NCBI GenBank assembly: GCA_963771945.1
Contig: CAVYVH010000002.1
Coordinates: forward strand, 1,243,063-1,307,062
Source of the DNA: an uncultured Verrucomicrobiae bacterium
GTDB taxonomy: Bacteria; Verrucomicrobiota; Verrucomicrobiia; Verrucomicrobiales; Akkermansiaceae
Length of the DNA: 64,000 nt
Reading direction: 5' to 3'
Position 1 is the first letter of the stretch. Every line of letters starts with the position of its first letter. Made by a program: the position numbers and the translations under genes. This document shows, in pieces, positions 40,295 to 50,270 of the stretch. The notes beneath the pieces are model-generated. The model did not search any database and was not told where the DNA came from. It saw only the letters and a list, made by a program, of their open reading frames with translations.

Positions 40295-42336
40295 ATGCAC
40301 GTCGCCATTCTCTTCCTTATTGCTCTCAGTGGCGTCGTCGCCGCCCAGAAAACCGCTTCGGTTTCCACTCTGATTTCCGAAAACACGGCGGTCGCCCCCG
40401 GAGAGGCTTTTACCGTCGCGCTGAAACTCGAGCATCCGGCGGAGTGGCATAGCTACTACAAAAACTCCGGCGGAGTCGAGCTCCCCCCTGAGATCACATG
40501 GACAATTCCCGAAGGTGCCACCGCCGGTGCCATCCAATGGCCGGTGCCGGAAGTAAAGGACGGCTATTTCGGGAAAAGTTTCATCTATCCCGGATCCCCG
40601 GTTTTTTTGATTGAGATCACGCCGCCCGCTTCGCTCTCCCCGGGCGAAACGTTTGCTTTTTCCGCCGATGCCAAGTGGCAGATCTGCAAGACGTCCTGCA
40701 TTAACGAATCGGCCAGTTTCACCTTGGATCTTCCGGTTGCCGCAAACGCGTTGATCGACCCGGACAAGGCGGATTTTTTCCAAGCAGCGCGTGCGAACCT
40801 CCCGAAGCCCGCTCCGGACACTGTGAAATTCTCAGTCACCGCTGACTCGGAAAATCAGGAATCAATCCAGCTTGCGGTTCAGGGACTCGACTCCGAGCCA
40901 ACCGAGTTCATTCCAAATGAACCATACCTGAAAGCGCTTTCGGACGGAGGCACGGTTGAGACCGAAGGTGACACAACCATCCTGACACTTCAGCGGAAGA
41001 TGAAGGACATGCTCGACGAGGACATCCCGCAAGGGAACACGGTGACCGGCATCCTCGTGGCAGGAGAAAGTTTCCTAGTTCCGGAGGACAGCGCCCCCCG
41101 ACCAGACGTGTCGGAGACAACCGAATCGGAGTCAGCGTCTCCGCGCGCTTTCCTGGCCGTCCTCTGGGGAATGTTTCTTGGCGGGCTTCTCCTGAATCTC
41201 ATGCCCTGTGTATTCCCGGTCATCGGACTGAAAATCATGGGCTTCGTCCAGCAGGCGGGGGAAAACCGTCGATCAATCGCCCTACACGGAGTGAGCTTCG
41301 CGGGTGGAGTGTTCGCATCGTTCGCCATATTGAGCGGGTTTCTGTTCGCTCTTAGGAAAACAATCGGCTGGGGTTTTCAACTCCAGGATCCATGGGTGGT
41401 TCTCGTTCTCATGCTCCTGATGTTCGTCCTCGCGCTGAACATGTTCGGACTCTTCGAGATGGGAACCTCGGCGACTTCGGTCGGCGGCGGCCTGCAATCC
41501 AAATCAGGCCACACCGGATCGTTCTTTTCCGGAGTGCTGGCCACGGTGGTAGCGACTCCCTGCTCCGCACCTTTCCTAGGCGCGGCCATCGGAGCCGTGA
41601 TGGTGTTTCCGGCCTGGCAGTTTTTCACAGCTTTCGGACTGATGGCAGCAGGTCTGGCTCTGCCGTATCTCATTTTGTCGCTCTTCCCCCAGTTTGTGGA
41701 AAAGCTTCCCCGCCCGGTGCGTGGATGGAATCGTTCAAGCAGGCGATGTCCTTCCTACTCTTCGCGACCGCCGCGTATCTGCTGTGGATTTATTCCGATC
41801 TGGTAGGCATGGATCACACCCTGTCCGTGCTCCTGGGACTCACATTGATCGCAGCCGCAGCCTGGGTTTACGGACGCTGGCACCTCCCTCACAAAGCAAA
41901 GGAGACGCGTATCATCGCACTGGTGGTAACTCTCGGATTCGCCGCCACCGGCACCATTCTCGCCCTACCACCCACAGCGGAATCACTTGAAAAAAAATCC
42001 GTCTGGCAACCGTGGTCACAGGAAACGGTGGATGAACTCCTGGCGGAAGGAACTCCTGTCTATATTGATTTCACCGCCCGCTGGTGCGTCACCTGCCAGG
42101 TGAACAAGAAAGTCGCATATACGGATGAGGTCATGGCTTTGGCCGAAGAGAAAAACATCGTCTTTCTGAAAGCGGATAAAACCAGACCGAATCCGGCCAT
42201 AGAGGCGAAACTTCAGGAACTCGGGCGCACCGCCATTCCGGTAAACGTTTTGCTAATCCCCGGAAAAGAACCCCTTATCACCCCTGAGCTTCTTACGCCC
42301 GGAATACTCACTGAACTTTTCGGAGAGATCCCGTAA
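40295..42336 (+). CDS. dsbD: Protein-disulfide reductase DsbD-family protein (frameshift near 41715)
   Basis: N-domain WHSYY..CKTSC; TM domain LMPCVFP and TPCSAP; thioredoxin domain FTARWCVTC. Confidence 0.88.
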
Positions 42337-42339
42337 GAT

Positions 42340-43812
42340 TCATTTTTCGACCAATTCCGCCCTCAGGTAGCCGGAGGCCAATCTAGCCGCCATTTGTGGA
42401 AACAGAAGGAAATGAAATGGTAGAACCGCATACCAGTAAGCGCGGCCAAACAATCCCCTCGGGCGGAAGGTCGCGGTCTGGATCAATCTGTCACCCGTGA
42501 TTTCAAAATCGAGCCACGCCTCGCCGGGGAGTTTCATCTCGGCGGAAAGGATCAGGTGGGCGGGTCTTTCCCCGTCACCTTCATCCGCGAGTACGACGCG
42601 CCAGAAATCCAAGGCGTCTCCCGGGTAGAGTTCTGTCGGATGCCGCCTCCCCCGGCGCACCCCGATGCCGCCGACCATGCGATCCATGATCCCACGCAAC
42701 CGCCAGGCCCAGTTCATCGAGGGCCAGCCGTTTTGCCCGCCAATCGCCCAGACGGATCGGATCACGAGTTTCCGATCCGCTGCAAGCGGGACCTCCCTCC
42801 TGTCCCTGAGAACACCGTGCTCAGGGACTTTGATCGACCGGAGAAACTCCGGATTAAGCCGCCCCGAAGACAGGGAATCGATCCATGACGAAGGCACCCG
42901 GTTCTGCGCGATCCGGGCGAAGGCCGTTTCAATGGCTTCCCTGTAGCTCAGGCGCTTTTGAGGGATCATTTCCAGGATTCGCTCGTCCCTGCAAATGGTC
43001 TCGTTGGAAAGGGAGCCGATAAGCGACTTCGCCAGAGGCATGGTCGTGGATGTCACGAAATGGAGCCAGTGGGAGGAAAGACCCGGCGTGAGAAACGGAA
43101 CCGGAATCACCAGTCGGGTCAGCTCCCTAACATCCGCATATTGTCTGAGAAGATCCCGGTAGGTCAGAACTTCTGGGCCGCCGATATCCAGTTCCTCCCC
43201 GGTCGTCCGATCATTGCAAAGGCAGCCCGTCAGATAGCCGACCACGTTCCGGATCGCAATCGGCTGGCACTTCGTCTTCGTCCATTTCGGGGTGATCATG
43301 ATGGGGAGTTTCTCCACCAGATCCCGAATGATCTCGAAAGAGGCGGAGCCGGAACCCACGATGATGGAGGCACGCAAAGTCGTCACCGCCGCGGAGCCGG
43401 AGCGGATCACGCGGTTGACGGTTTCCCGTGATCTGAGGTGGTGGGACAGGTCTCCCTCCGGGACGAGTCCTCCGAGATAGATGACCCTTGGGCAGCCCGC
43501 GCCGTTCATCCATTCCACGAAGTTTTCCGCACAGGATCTCTCCCTGTCCTCGAAGCCCTCCCCCGCACCCATCGAGTGCAGTAGGTAGAACGCCGCGTCA
43601 ATCCCCTCCGGAAAACGGGGAAGCTTGTCCGGTTTCAACATGTCCCCTTCCAGCAGCTCAAGCCTGCCGTCCGCGAGAAACGGATCGAACTGGGATGTGG
43701 GGAAACGTCCCCTGTCCCGCACAAGACCGACGACCGAATGCCCGGCCTCCAGCAGGGAAGGAAGGAGCCTCAGACCGATATAGCCGTTCGCGCCTGTGAG
43801 CAGAATTTTCAA
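42340..43812 (-). CDS. Atypical SDR (YbjT-like) with DUF2867 domain
   Basis: TGANGYIG, IVGSGSASFE, LDFWRV, AEMKLPGEAWL, GRAYWY. Confidence 0.9.
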   Translation of the reverse strand: MKILLTGANGYIGLRLLPSLLEAGHSVVGLVRDRGRFPTSQFDPFLADGRLELLEGDMLKPDKLPRFPEGIDAAFYLLHSMGAGEGFEDRERSCAENFVEWMNGAGCPRVIYLGGLVPEGDLSHHLRSRETVNRVIRSGSAAVTTLRASIIVGSGSASFEIIRDLVEKLPIMITPKWTKTKCQPIAIRNVVGYLTGCLCNDRTTGEELDIGGPEVLTYRDLLRQYADVRELTRLVIPVPFLTPGLSSHWLHFVTSTTMPLAKSLIGSLSNETICRDERILEMIPQKRLSYREAIETAFARIAQNRVPSSWIDSLSSGRLNPEFLRSIKVPEHGVLRDRREVPLAADRKLVIRSVWAIGGQNGWPSMNWAWRLRGIMDRMVGGIGVRRGRRHPTELYPGDALDFWRVVLADEGDGERPAHLILSAEMKLPGEAWLDFEITGDRLIQTATFRPRGLFGRAYWYAVLPFHFLLFPQMAARLASGYLRAELVEK

Positions 43813-43896
43813 GACACCATCCTACCGCCGGGCCGGCATAACGCAAGAAGGGGCGGCTTGATGCCACCCCTTCGGAAACGTGTTGCGGCGACGCGC

Positions 43897-44484
43897 CTAG
43901 GCATTCACGTCAACCGCCGCATACTCGCCGTCCTTGCGGCGATAGATAATGGTGAGGCAGTCCCGACGGGCACTCTTGTAGAGAACGAAGGGACGCTCGG
44001 TAAGCTCGAGCTCCATGATCGCGTCCTCCTTATACATCGTTTTCACGGCGAAGGTATCGCGGTGCACGATGAACGGCTCCGGATCGTGTTCGGACTCCTC
44101 GGGGTGGTCCAACGCCTCGTCGTTGAAGTACTTTTCCTCCAGGTAGCGGATGGACTCGTTGCGGTGCGGACGGTTCTTCTTGAGAAGGCGGGTTTTGTGC
44201 TTTCTCATCCTGCGCGCGATCTTGTCGATGGTCTCGTCGAGAGCCACGTACATGTCGCGCCCTTCGCTGTGCGCCTCGATCGTGATGTGGTTCGTGCAGA
44301 ATAAAATGATCTCGGCTATGTGCCTGTTTTTCTGAACGTCCAGGATCGCCTTCGCCTCGATGATTTTCGGGTAATCGAGATGGAGCCCTTCGATTTTCTT
44401 GTGGGCGTATTCACGGAGGGAGTCGGTCACTTGTTCGTGCCTTACCGTTACGGTGATGGGCAGATTGACGTTAGCAGTTTGCAT
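43897..44484 (-). CDS. hpf: Ribosome hibernation promoting factor, long HPF
   Basis: VTDSLREYA, DMYVALD, C-terminal MYKEDAIMEL...IIYRRKDG. Confidence 0.9.
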   Translation of the reverse strand: MQTANVNLPITVTVRHEQVTDSLREYAHKKIEGLHLDYPKIIEAKAILDVQKNRHIAEIILFCTNHITIEAHSEGRDMYVALDETIDKIARRMRKHKTRLLKKNRPHRNESIRYLEEKYFNDEALDHPEESEHDPEPFIVHRDTFAVKTMYKEDAIMELELTERPFVLYKSARRDCLTIIYRRKDGEYAAVDVNA

Positions 44485-44579
44485 GGTTCTTAGTGGTTAT
44501 TTGTTGATTCATGAACAAAGGCGTCCTCCGCCCTGTCCGTCTATTACACTGATACAAAGACGGAGGGAACACCAAGTAT

Positions 44580-44600
44580 AAGTTCGGAAATTCCGAACTT
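44580..44600. promoter_or_regulatory. 21-bp palindrome, candidate operator
   Basis: AAGTTCGGAA-A-TTCCGAACTT between the mntR end and the hpf start. Confidence 0.45.
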
Positions 44601-44655
44601 TTTCCTCCAGAAATTTAGACAAAACCCACCGATGGCAGCCACTGCCCGGTTCGAC

Positions 44656-45105
44656 TCAATTCGACGAACCGGATCCGATCCGTCCCTTCACCTCGTCGAG
44701 GAAGCTCCCCTTCCCCTCCAGCGCATCCGCCACCGCCCGGATCACTTCGAGTGTGGGTCTGGAGACGTGATGCTCCATTCCCTCCACATCCCGGTAAATC
44801 GTTTCCTCATCGAGTCCGAAGAGCCTAAGGAACCGGGTCAGCGTCTCGTGCCGCTCGACGATCGCCCGCGCGATCCTCTGCCCGTGCTCGGTAAGAACCG
44901 TGCCCCGGTATTTCTCATGCTTCACCAGCCCCTCGGCATCGAGTTTCTGGAGCATGTTGGTCACGCTCGCCTGGGAAATTCCCAGATTCGAGGAAATGTC
45001 CACCGCCCTCGCATAACCCTTCGCTTCGATGAGGTGCAGGATCTGCTCGAGGTAGTCGTCCATGGCCACGGAGCCACTGGTCCTGCCGGAAATGGGTTGG
45101 GTCAT
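44656..45105 (-). CDS. mntR: DtxR/MntR-family metal-dependent regulator
   Basis: MDDYLEQI, SQASVTNM, RHETL, DVEGMEHH. Confidence 0.88.
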   Translation of the reverse strand: MTQPISGRTSGSVAMDDYLEQILHLIEAKGYARAVDISSNLGISQASVTNMLQKLDAEGLVKHEKYRGTVLTEHGQRIARAIVERHETLTRFLRLFGLDEETIYRDVEGMEHHVSRPTLEVIRAVADALEGKGSFLDEVKGRIGSGSSN

Positions 45106-45923
45106 CTGTCGCCATCCTTTCCGTCCGGTTCCGGTTTTACAAGCCCCGAAGATTTTCCGTAAAGGATACGGTTCGATGCGTGAAACTCGGCCTTCAACCG
45201 GACTTTCAACTGGCTGAGATCCACGATTCTCCAGCCGTTGAAATGCCAGTTTCCATCGACCCCGTCGTGCTCGATCCCCACCAGAAGATGCGCGGCATCC
45301 TCGTTGATCTTCAGCGTCCTGTCCTTCGGCTCGAAGTAAAACGTCCGGAACGTGCTGTCTTCCGAACCCTGCTCCATCAGCTTCGGATCCAGGTAGTAGG
45401 TCTCGCCCGTGGCCTCGTCCGTAATCTGGAGATCCGGGTATCCGGAGCGCTGTTCTTTCCCTTTCCGCGTCTTGGGCATCTCACATTTCAGCCCTTCAAG
45501 CTCATTCAGACCTTCCAAAAGTCCTTCCTCGAAGAAGCGTGACCCCTCGTTGATCCTCCTCAGGCCGAGCACCGGGGAATCCTTGGAATTCATCTTCTCC
45601 AGGACGTCCCCCAGAACCATGGAGATCGCGTCATACACGCGCCTGCCGGATTTCATTTTTGCCAGAGGAATGATTTTCTTCCCGGAAACCGCTTCCGAAA
45701 CCGTCGCAAAATCAAAATCACGGTGCGAGAGGTCTTCTTTCAAAAGACCTTTTACCAACGCGATATCCGCCTCTCTCCGAGCAGCCGTTTCCGTGGCGCC
45801 AAGCAGCTTTTCCTGCCTCTCCCACCGCGGAAGAGCCGGGCGCTTCGGCTCACGTGTGGCCAGAAAAACGATCAAAGCCAGTCCGGCTAATCCGAAGACA
45901 ATTTGTAGAATCCGTTTCATCAT
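45102..45923 (-). CDS. Membrane-anchored protein with PD-(D/E)XK-like motif
   Basis: N-terminal hydrophobic helix; SGYPDLQI...YYLDPK. Confidence 0.6.
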   Translation of the reverse strand: MMKRILQIVFGLAGLALIVFLATREPKRPALPRWERQEKLLGATETAARREADIALVKGLLKEDLSHRDFDFATVSEAVSGKKIIPLAKMKSGRRVYDAISMVLGDVLEKMNSKDSPVLGLRRINEGSRFFEEGLLEGLNELEGLKCEMPKTRKGKEQRSGYPDLQITDEATGETYYLDPKLMEQGSEDSTFRTFYFEPKDRTLKINEDAAHLLVGIEHDGVDGNWHFNGWRIVDLSQLKVRLKAEFHASNRILYGKSSGLVKPEPDGKDGDR

Positions 45924-45954
45924 GCTCTTCTTCGTAAATCGAAACTTGAAGTCT

Positions 45955-46578
45955 TCAGCTTATCGCCTTTCGCAGCCGCGTCCACGCGGTCGTGTTCGGC
46001 ACCACCAGCGCGGTGAGCGGAAGATCCTCCAGGCGAAACTGTTTCACCGCCCATTCCAGCAGAACCAGGCTGGCCACCGCATCGAAGAGAGCATCGTGCC
46101 AGCTCCTGCCGGGCACCAGCTCTCGTACCCTTTTCGCCAGCCCCAAATCCTCGCAGAAAACTCCCAGCGAGTGCTTCCGCGCATTCGGCACGGACGCACG
46201 TGCAAGTGAGAGCGTGTCAACCCAGGGATCGAAGGGATTTCCCGGGAATTTTCGCAAAAACTTCTTCTCCGTCCCCTTCGCATGCGCAACCGGCACCGCC
46301 CCGGAACCGAGCCGCCCGTTCACCTCCGGCCACAAGGAGAGAAGGCTCGGGGCGCCTTCGAGCCGTGCCTCGTCGATCCCGTGTATCCTTTTCGCATACC
46401 AGTCCACCTCACCCTGCCCCTCCAGATCGGATACGAAAAAATCGCCGAAACCCTCTTCCAGAGACCATGTCCCCATACCGATCTGCACCGGCCAGTCCGG
46501 CTTCCCGTGCTGCGCCCCCGCCCCCTCGAAATCGATTCCCGCAAACACCACATCCCGCACCTTCCGTTCGTCCTTCAC
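45955..46578 (-). CDS. DEDDh 3'-5' exonuclease
   Basis: IDFE, IHGI, VAH, DTLSLAR, HDALFDA. Confidence 0.85.
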   Translation of the reverse strand: MKDERKVRDVVFAGIDFEGAGAQHGKPDWPVQIGMGTWSLEEGFGDFFVSDLEGQGEVDWYAKRIHGIDEARLEGAPSLLSLWPEVNGRLGSGAVPVAHAKGTEKKFLRKFPGNPFDPWVDTLSLARASVPNARKHSLGVFCEDLGLAKRVRELVPGRSWHDALFDAVASLVLLEWAVKQFRLEDLPLTALVVPNTTAWTRLRKAIS

Positions 46579-46755
46579 ACCCCCATCTTCCCTACGGTGC
46601 GGGATTCCACAACTCCCGAATCCAGCAACCCGCTTGAATCGGCTCCGGCAATGGTTCGAGAATGTTAAATATCAAGATTCTTGATTTTTATTGCAATCTC
46701 AATCCCAAGTTGGCATAAGCCGTGCGGCCAACTCCCTGCAAATACCTTCGACCAC

Positions 46756-46947
46756 ATGAGCATCCGCAACTTTATCGGCGCATCTTCCGCCCTCCTCCTC
46801 GCCTGGCTTGGAGTGACCTATTTTCATGAAGTTCCCGTGGAGCGCTACCAGAAGCAGGAAAAACCTTCAGCAACGGCTTCCGTAACGAGCGGCGCGGATG
46901 GCAATGGGGAGATCGCCGTGGCTACCACGGAAACCGATAGCCGCTGA
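46756..46947 (+). CDS. Small membrane-anchored hypothetical protein
   Basis: MSIRNFIGASSALLLAWLGVTY, directly upstream of the CDGSH gene. Confidence 0.5.
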   Translation: MSIRNFIGASSALLLAWLGVTYFHEVPVERYQKQEKPSATASVTSGADGNGEIAVATTETDSR

Positions 46948-46953
46948 CATCCC

Positions 46954-47193
46954 ATGCCGGAAAAACCCATATGCCCGGACACAAAACCGGTAAAGCTGGA
47001 GCTGGAGCCCGGCACCTACTGGTGGTGCTCGTGCGGCAGGACTAGCCACAGCCCTTTCTGCGACGGCTCCCACAAGGGAACAGGCCTGCAGCCGAAGAAA
47101 CTGGAGATTTCGGAAAAAACCACTTTGAATCTGTGCCAATGCAAAGCCACGGCAAACCCGCCGCTATGTGACGGCTCGCATCGCAAACCATAG
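46954..47193 (+). CDS. CDGSH iron-sulfur protein with two motifs
   Basis: WCSCGRT..PFCDGSH and LCQCK..PLCDGSH. Confidence 0.95.
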   Translation: MPEKPICPDTKPVKLELEPGTYWWCSCGRTSHSPFCDGSHKGTGLQPKKLEISEKTTLNLCQCKATANPPLCDGSHRKP

Positions 47194-47258
47194 GCGATCC
47201 CGCTCTCCGGCAGGGTGCAAATTGACTTCTTCAACGGTGGAAATATGATTTCCCAAAC

Positions 47259-47836
47259 ATGAAACAACCCGGATTCGCCATTCTCCTGTTCGCGGTCGCG
47301 ATGACCGCCGGGTGCGCCCGTTGAACGACCCGGCTGATTGGAAAAGCTCGGTTTCCCGCCAGGTCAATCAACTTGGCTACCGGAACTGGATCGTCATCAC
47401 CGAGGCTTCGTTTCCGGCGCACAACCGCCCGGGCTTCCGCCAGGTCTCCTCCACCGCGGAGATCCCGGAGGTCGTGGACTATGTTCTCAATGCCATTGAG
47501 CAAAACCAGCACGTCCTTCCCAAAATCTTTCTCACCAGGGAGCTACGGGCTGTCGAAAATGACTTTGCGCCGGGGATCGACGAGCTACGGGGGAGAGTGA
47601 AAGCCGCTCTTCACGGCCATGAACCCACCGAGCTGGACCAACAGTCCCTCATCACCCTTCTGGAGTCCGCGAACCAGAACTTCGAAGTTCTCGTGATCCG
47701 CACCCCCACCGCCCTCCCTTACACGTCCGTTTTCATGGAGCTCCAGCCCGGCTACTGGGATGCGGAGTCCGAGGAAAGGCTCCGCCAAAGAATCAGCCGC
47801 GAACGCATGGAAAGGCTCGCTCCGCCCGGAATGTAG
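47259..47836 (+). CDS. RbsD/FucU-like protein with probable lipoprotein signal (indel near 47318)
   Basis: LGYRNWIVITEASFP...PYTSVF; upstream MKQPGFAILLFAVAMTAGC joins the frame if one C is restored. Confidence 0.6.
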
Positions 47837-47851
47837 TTTCAGAATCCGCGT

Positions 47852-48142
47852 GTGACCCGAAACGAAGCTCTGAAAATCGAACGCGAAGCCGCCTGGATCG
47901 GCGACGCTGTTCTCGCACTTTACGCACGCCAGTTCGTCCTCCGCGAGCGCGGGTGCATGGACGGTATCTGGTTCACCCACCTCACCTCCAACGAGTTCCT
48001 AAGCGCCTTCGGAAACCCCACCAGTGTGGAGGCCGTCATCGGAAACATTTACCGCGATCAAGGACTCGCGGCCGCCCACTCCTACATCGAGGAATCATTC
48101 GTCCCGCTTTTCCGGAAACAGATCGTCAGGAAAGTGAAGTGA
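47852..48142 (+). CDS. Minimal RNase III-domain protein
   Basis: AWIGDAVLAL, SNEFL, VEAVIG. Confidence 0.65.
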   Translation: MTRNEALKIEREAAWIGDAVLALYARQFVLRERGCMDGIWFTHLTSNEFLSAFGNPTSVEAVIGNIYRDQGLAAAHSYIEESFVPLFRKQIVRKVK

Positions 48143-48283
48143 GCGAAATCCGACTGCTCAAGGAATACCGCCGATCGCCAATCCCCGGCCTCTTTTTCCG
48201 CCCCCTACGCATGCGAACCCCGTGCTTTACACATCTTGCCGCGATGTGCAGGATCGCAGGGCTGCGCACCCGCAACACCCCAC

Positions 48284-48883
48284 ATGTTCCGTCAGTCCCG
48301 TCCCCCCGACCCTGACCAAGACCTCGTCTCCCGCGCCAAAAAAGGCGATACGCGGGCTTTCGATGCCTTGATCCTGAAGTATGGCGACAAACTTTTCGGG
48401 TTGGTCTTTTCCATGACCTCCCACAAGGAGGACACCCACGACCTCCTCCAGGAAATTTTTGCGAAAGCCTACCAGTCCCTTCCGAAGTTCAAGGGCAATT
48501 CGACCTTCTACACCTGGATCTATCAGATCGCGACCAACCGCACCCTGAACTTCCTCAAGAAGCGGAAAAACCGCGCAGGCGTCAGTCTGGACAATGAGGA
48601 ATCCCCCGTTCACCAGGATCCCGCGCTCATTGATACCGCTGCCGACGCCAATCCCGAAAGGCAGTCCAGTATCAATGAACTCCAAATAAGATTGAACGAA
48701 GCGATGATGAAGCTGTCTGAATCCCACAGAATGGTCGTCACGCTGTTCGATGTCCAAGGCATGTCCCACAAGGAGATCGCCGTGGTGTTGAACAGCTCCG
48801 AGGGCACCATTCGATCCAGACTCCATTATGCGCATTTGCAGCTCCAATCCGCCCTCCAGGACGCTTGGGACGAAAGATTTTAA
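48284..48883 (+). CDS. ECF sigma-70 factor
   Basis: DLLQEIFAKAY, FYTWIYQIATN, EIAVVL..SEGTIRSRLHYA. Confidence 0.93.
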   Translation: MFRQSRPPDPDQDLVSRAKKGDTRAFDALILKYGDKLFGLVFSMTSHKEDTHDLLQEIFAKAYQSLPKFKGNSTFYTWIYQIATNRTLNFLKKRKNRAGVSLDNEESPVHQDPALIDTAADANPERQSSINELQIRLNEAMMKLSESHRMVVTLFDVQGMSHKEIAVVLNSSEGTIRSRLHYAHLQLQSALQDAWDERF

Positions 48884-48936
48884 AAAAGATCTTGCAGAAG
48901 GCGCTGATAATTAGTAAATCTTAATCATCAACCGCC

Positions 48937-49323
48937 ATGAAACCTTCGGTCGAACAAATTAGCAACCTACTCTCGCAACGCGGCGATCTGCGTCCCGAGG
49001 AGGGTTACTGGCAGGATTTCCTCCGGGAATTCCACCACAACCAGCGCGTGGAGGCTGCTGCAAAGTCCGCCCCCGCAGCTTTCGCTGAGCGTGTCCGTTC
49101 ATGGTTCTCCGAGGTGAGCCCCTCCAGGTGGGCTTACGGCGCGGGTCTTGCCTACGCCACGGCAGCAATTGCTTTCTTCATGATTCCCCGCGGAGTCGAG
49201 GTGGAAAACACCGCTCCCTCCCCGGTAAATCACCAGGTTGTGCCCGCTCCCACGCTGGAGCAGTTGGAACAGTTGGATCTCGATCCCTCCACACAGGGAA
49301 ATACGGGCGAACAGGTGTTCTAA
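48937..49323 (+). CDS. Probable anti-sigma factor with single TM helix
   Basis: Directly downstream of the ECF sigma; PEEGYWQDFLREFH, one TM helix. Confidence 0.6.
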   Translation: MKPSVEQISNLLSQRGDLRPEEGYWQDFLREFHHNQRVEAAAKSAPAAFAERVRSWFSEVSPSRWAYGAGLAYATAAIAFFMIPRGVEVENTAPSPVNHQVVPAPTLEQLEQLDLDPSTQGNTGEQVF

Positions 49324-49342
49324 CCACGGCTAGTTTCCGGCC

Positions 49343-50224
49343 ATGGCAATTTCCAACCGCCCCAAAAGGTCGGCCACATTGCGCGGCTTGTCCGCGTCGT
49401 GCGTTTTCGCCGCTCTCCTGGTCAGTCCGATTGCTGCCGCCCCGGATCCAATCAAGATCAAGTTTTCTTCCGACAGAAGCATCGCTTGCGCAATCACCTC
49501 ACCAAGTCCGGACTTTCTCGTCTCCGTTCATCCGGGTTCGGCCAAGCTTTCAGAGGCAGACTGGATCGCCGGGGAACGCCGGACCGGCTTGACTCTGGTG
49601 GGCGAAGACAGGATCACCCGGTTGTGTTTCTTCAAAAATCCGCGACCCGACACCGCCCGCGCGGCTCAGTGGGCGGATGATTTCCGAACCGAGAACCCAG
49701 GCACACTCCGCGCGATCGCCTTCTCGAAAACAACCAACTGTGCGTTCAAAGGATGGATCACCCAGATCGGGGACAAGGTTCTTCCGCTGGCATTGCTGAA
49801 CGTTTCTTTCCAGAATGAAACGCCACCGGCCGGGACACCCCTTGTGGATTCAAAAGGAAAAATCGTCGGGCTGATCCTTCAGTCCGCCTCCTCCACGGAG
49901 GCCTACGCGATTCCCGCCCAGGCCGTCCGCAGAGTAGAGCAGGACATGAGGGAGCACCGCCAGCTTGTGAAAGGCTGGCTGGGCATCGCACTCAGCCCCG
50001 GTTCCCAGATCCCGAGAATCACCGATGTCCTGCCGAACTCCCCGGCAGCGAGCGCAGGGATCCGGGAGAACGACATTCTAGTGAAAGCCGGAACATATCC
50101 GATCGCCCGCTATCCTGATGCGGTGAACGCGCTTTTCTATTCCGTCCCCGGAAAATCCACCCCGGTGCACGTGATCAGAAACAGCAGGCGTATCGAGTGC
50201 GAGGTCACGCCGATCGCAAAGTAG
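49343..50224 (+). CDS. HtrA-like trypsin + PDZ protein, catalytic Ser motif degenerate
   Basis: GTPLVDSKGKIVGL, YAIP, GWLGI, SPAASAGIRENDIL. Confidence 0.7.
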   Translation: MAISNRPKRSATLRGLSASCVFAALLVSPIAAAPDPIKIKFSSDRSIACAITSPSPDFLVSVHPGSAKLSEADWIAGERRTGLTLVGEDRITRLCFFKNPRPDTARAAQWADDFRTENPGTLRAIAFSKTTNCAFKGWITQIGDKVLPLALLNVSFQNETPPAGTPLVDSKGKIVGLILQSASSTEAYAIPAQAVRRVEQDMREHRQLVKGWLGIALSPGSQIPRITDVLPNSPAASAGIRENDILVKAGTYPIARYPDAVNALFYSVPGKSTPVHVIRNSRRIECEVTPIAK

Positions 50225-50270
50225 TATCCGCAACCTTGCGCCGCGGGAAATACTGCCGCTCTGCCCATCC

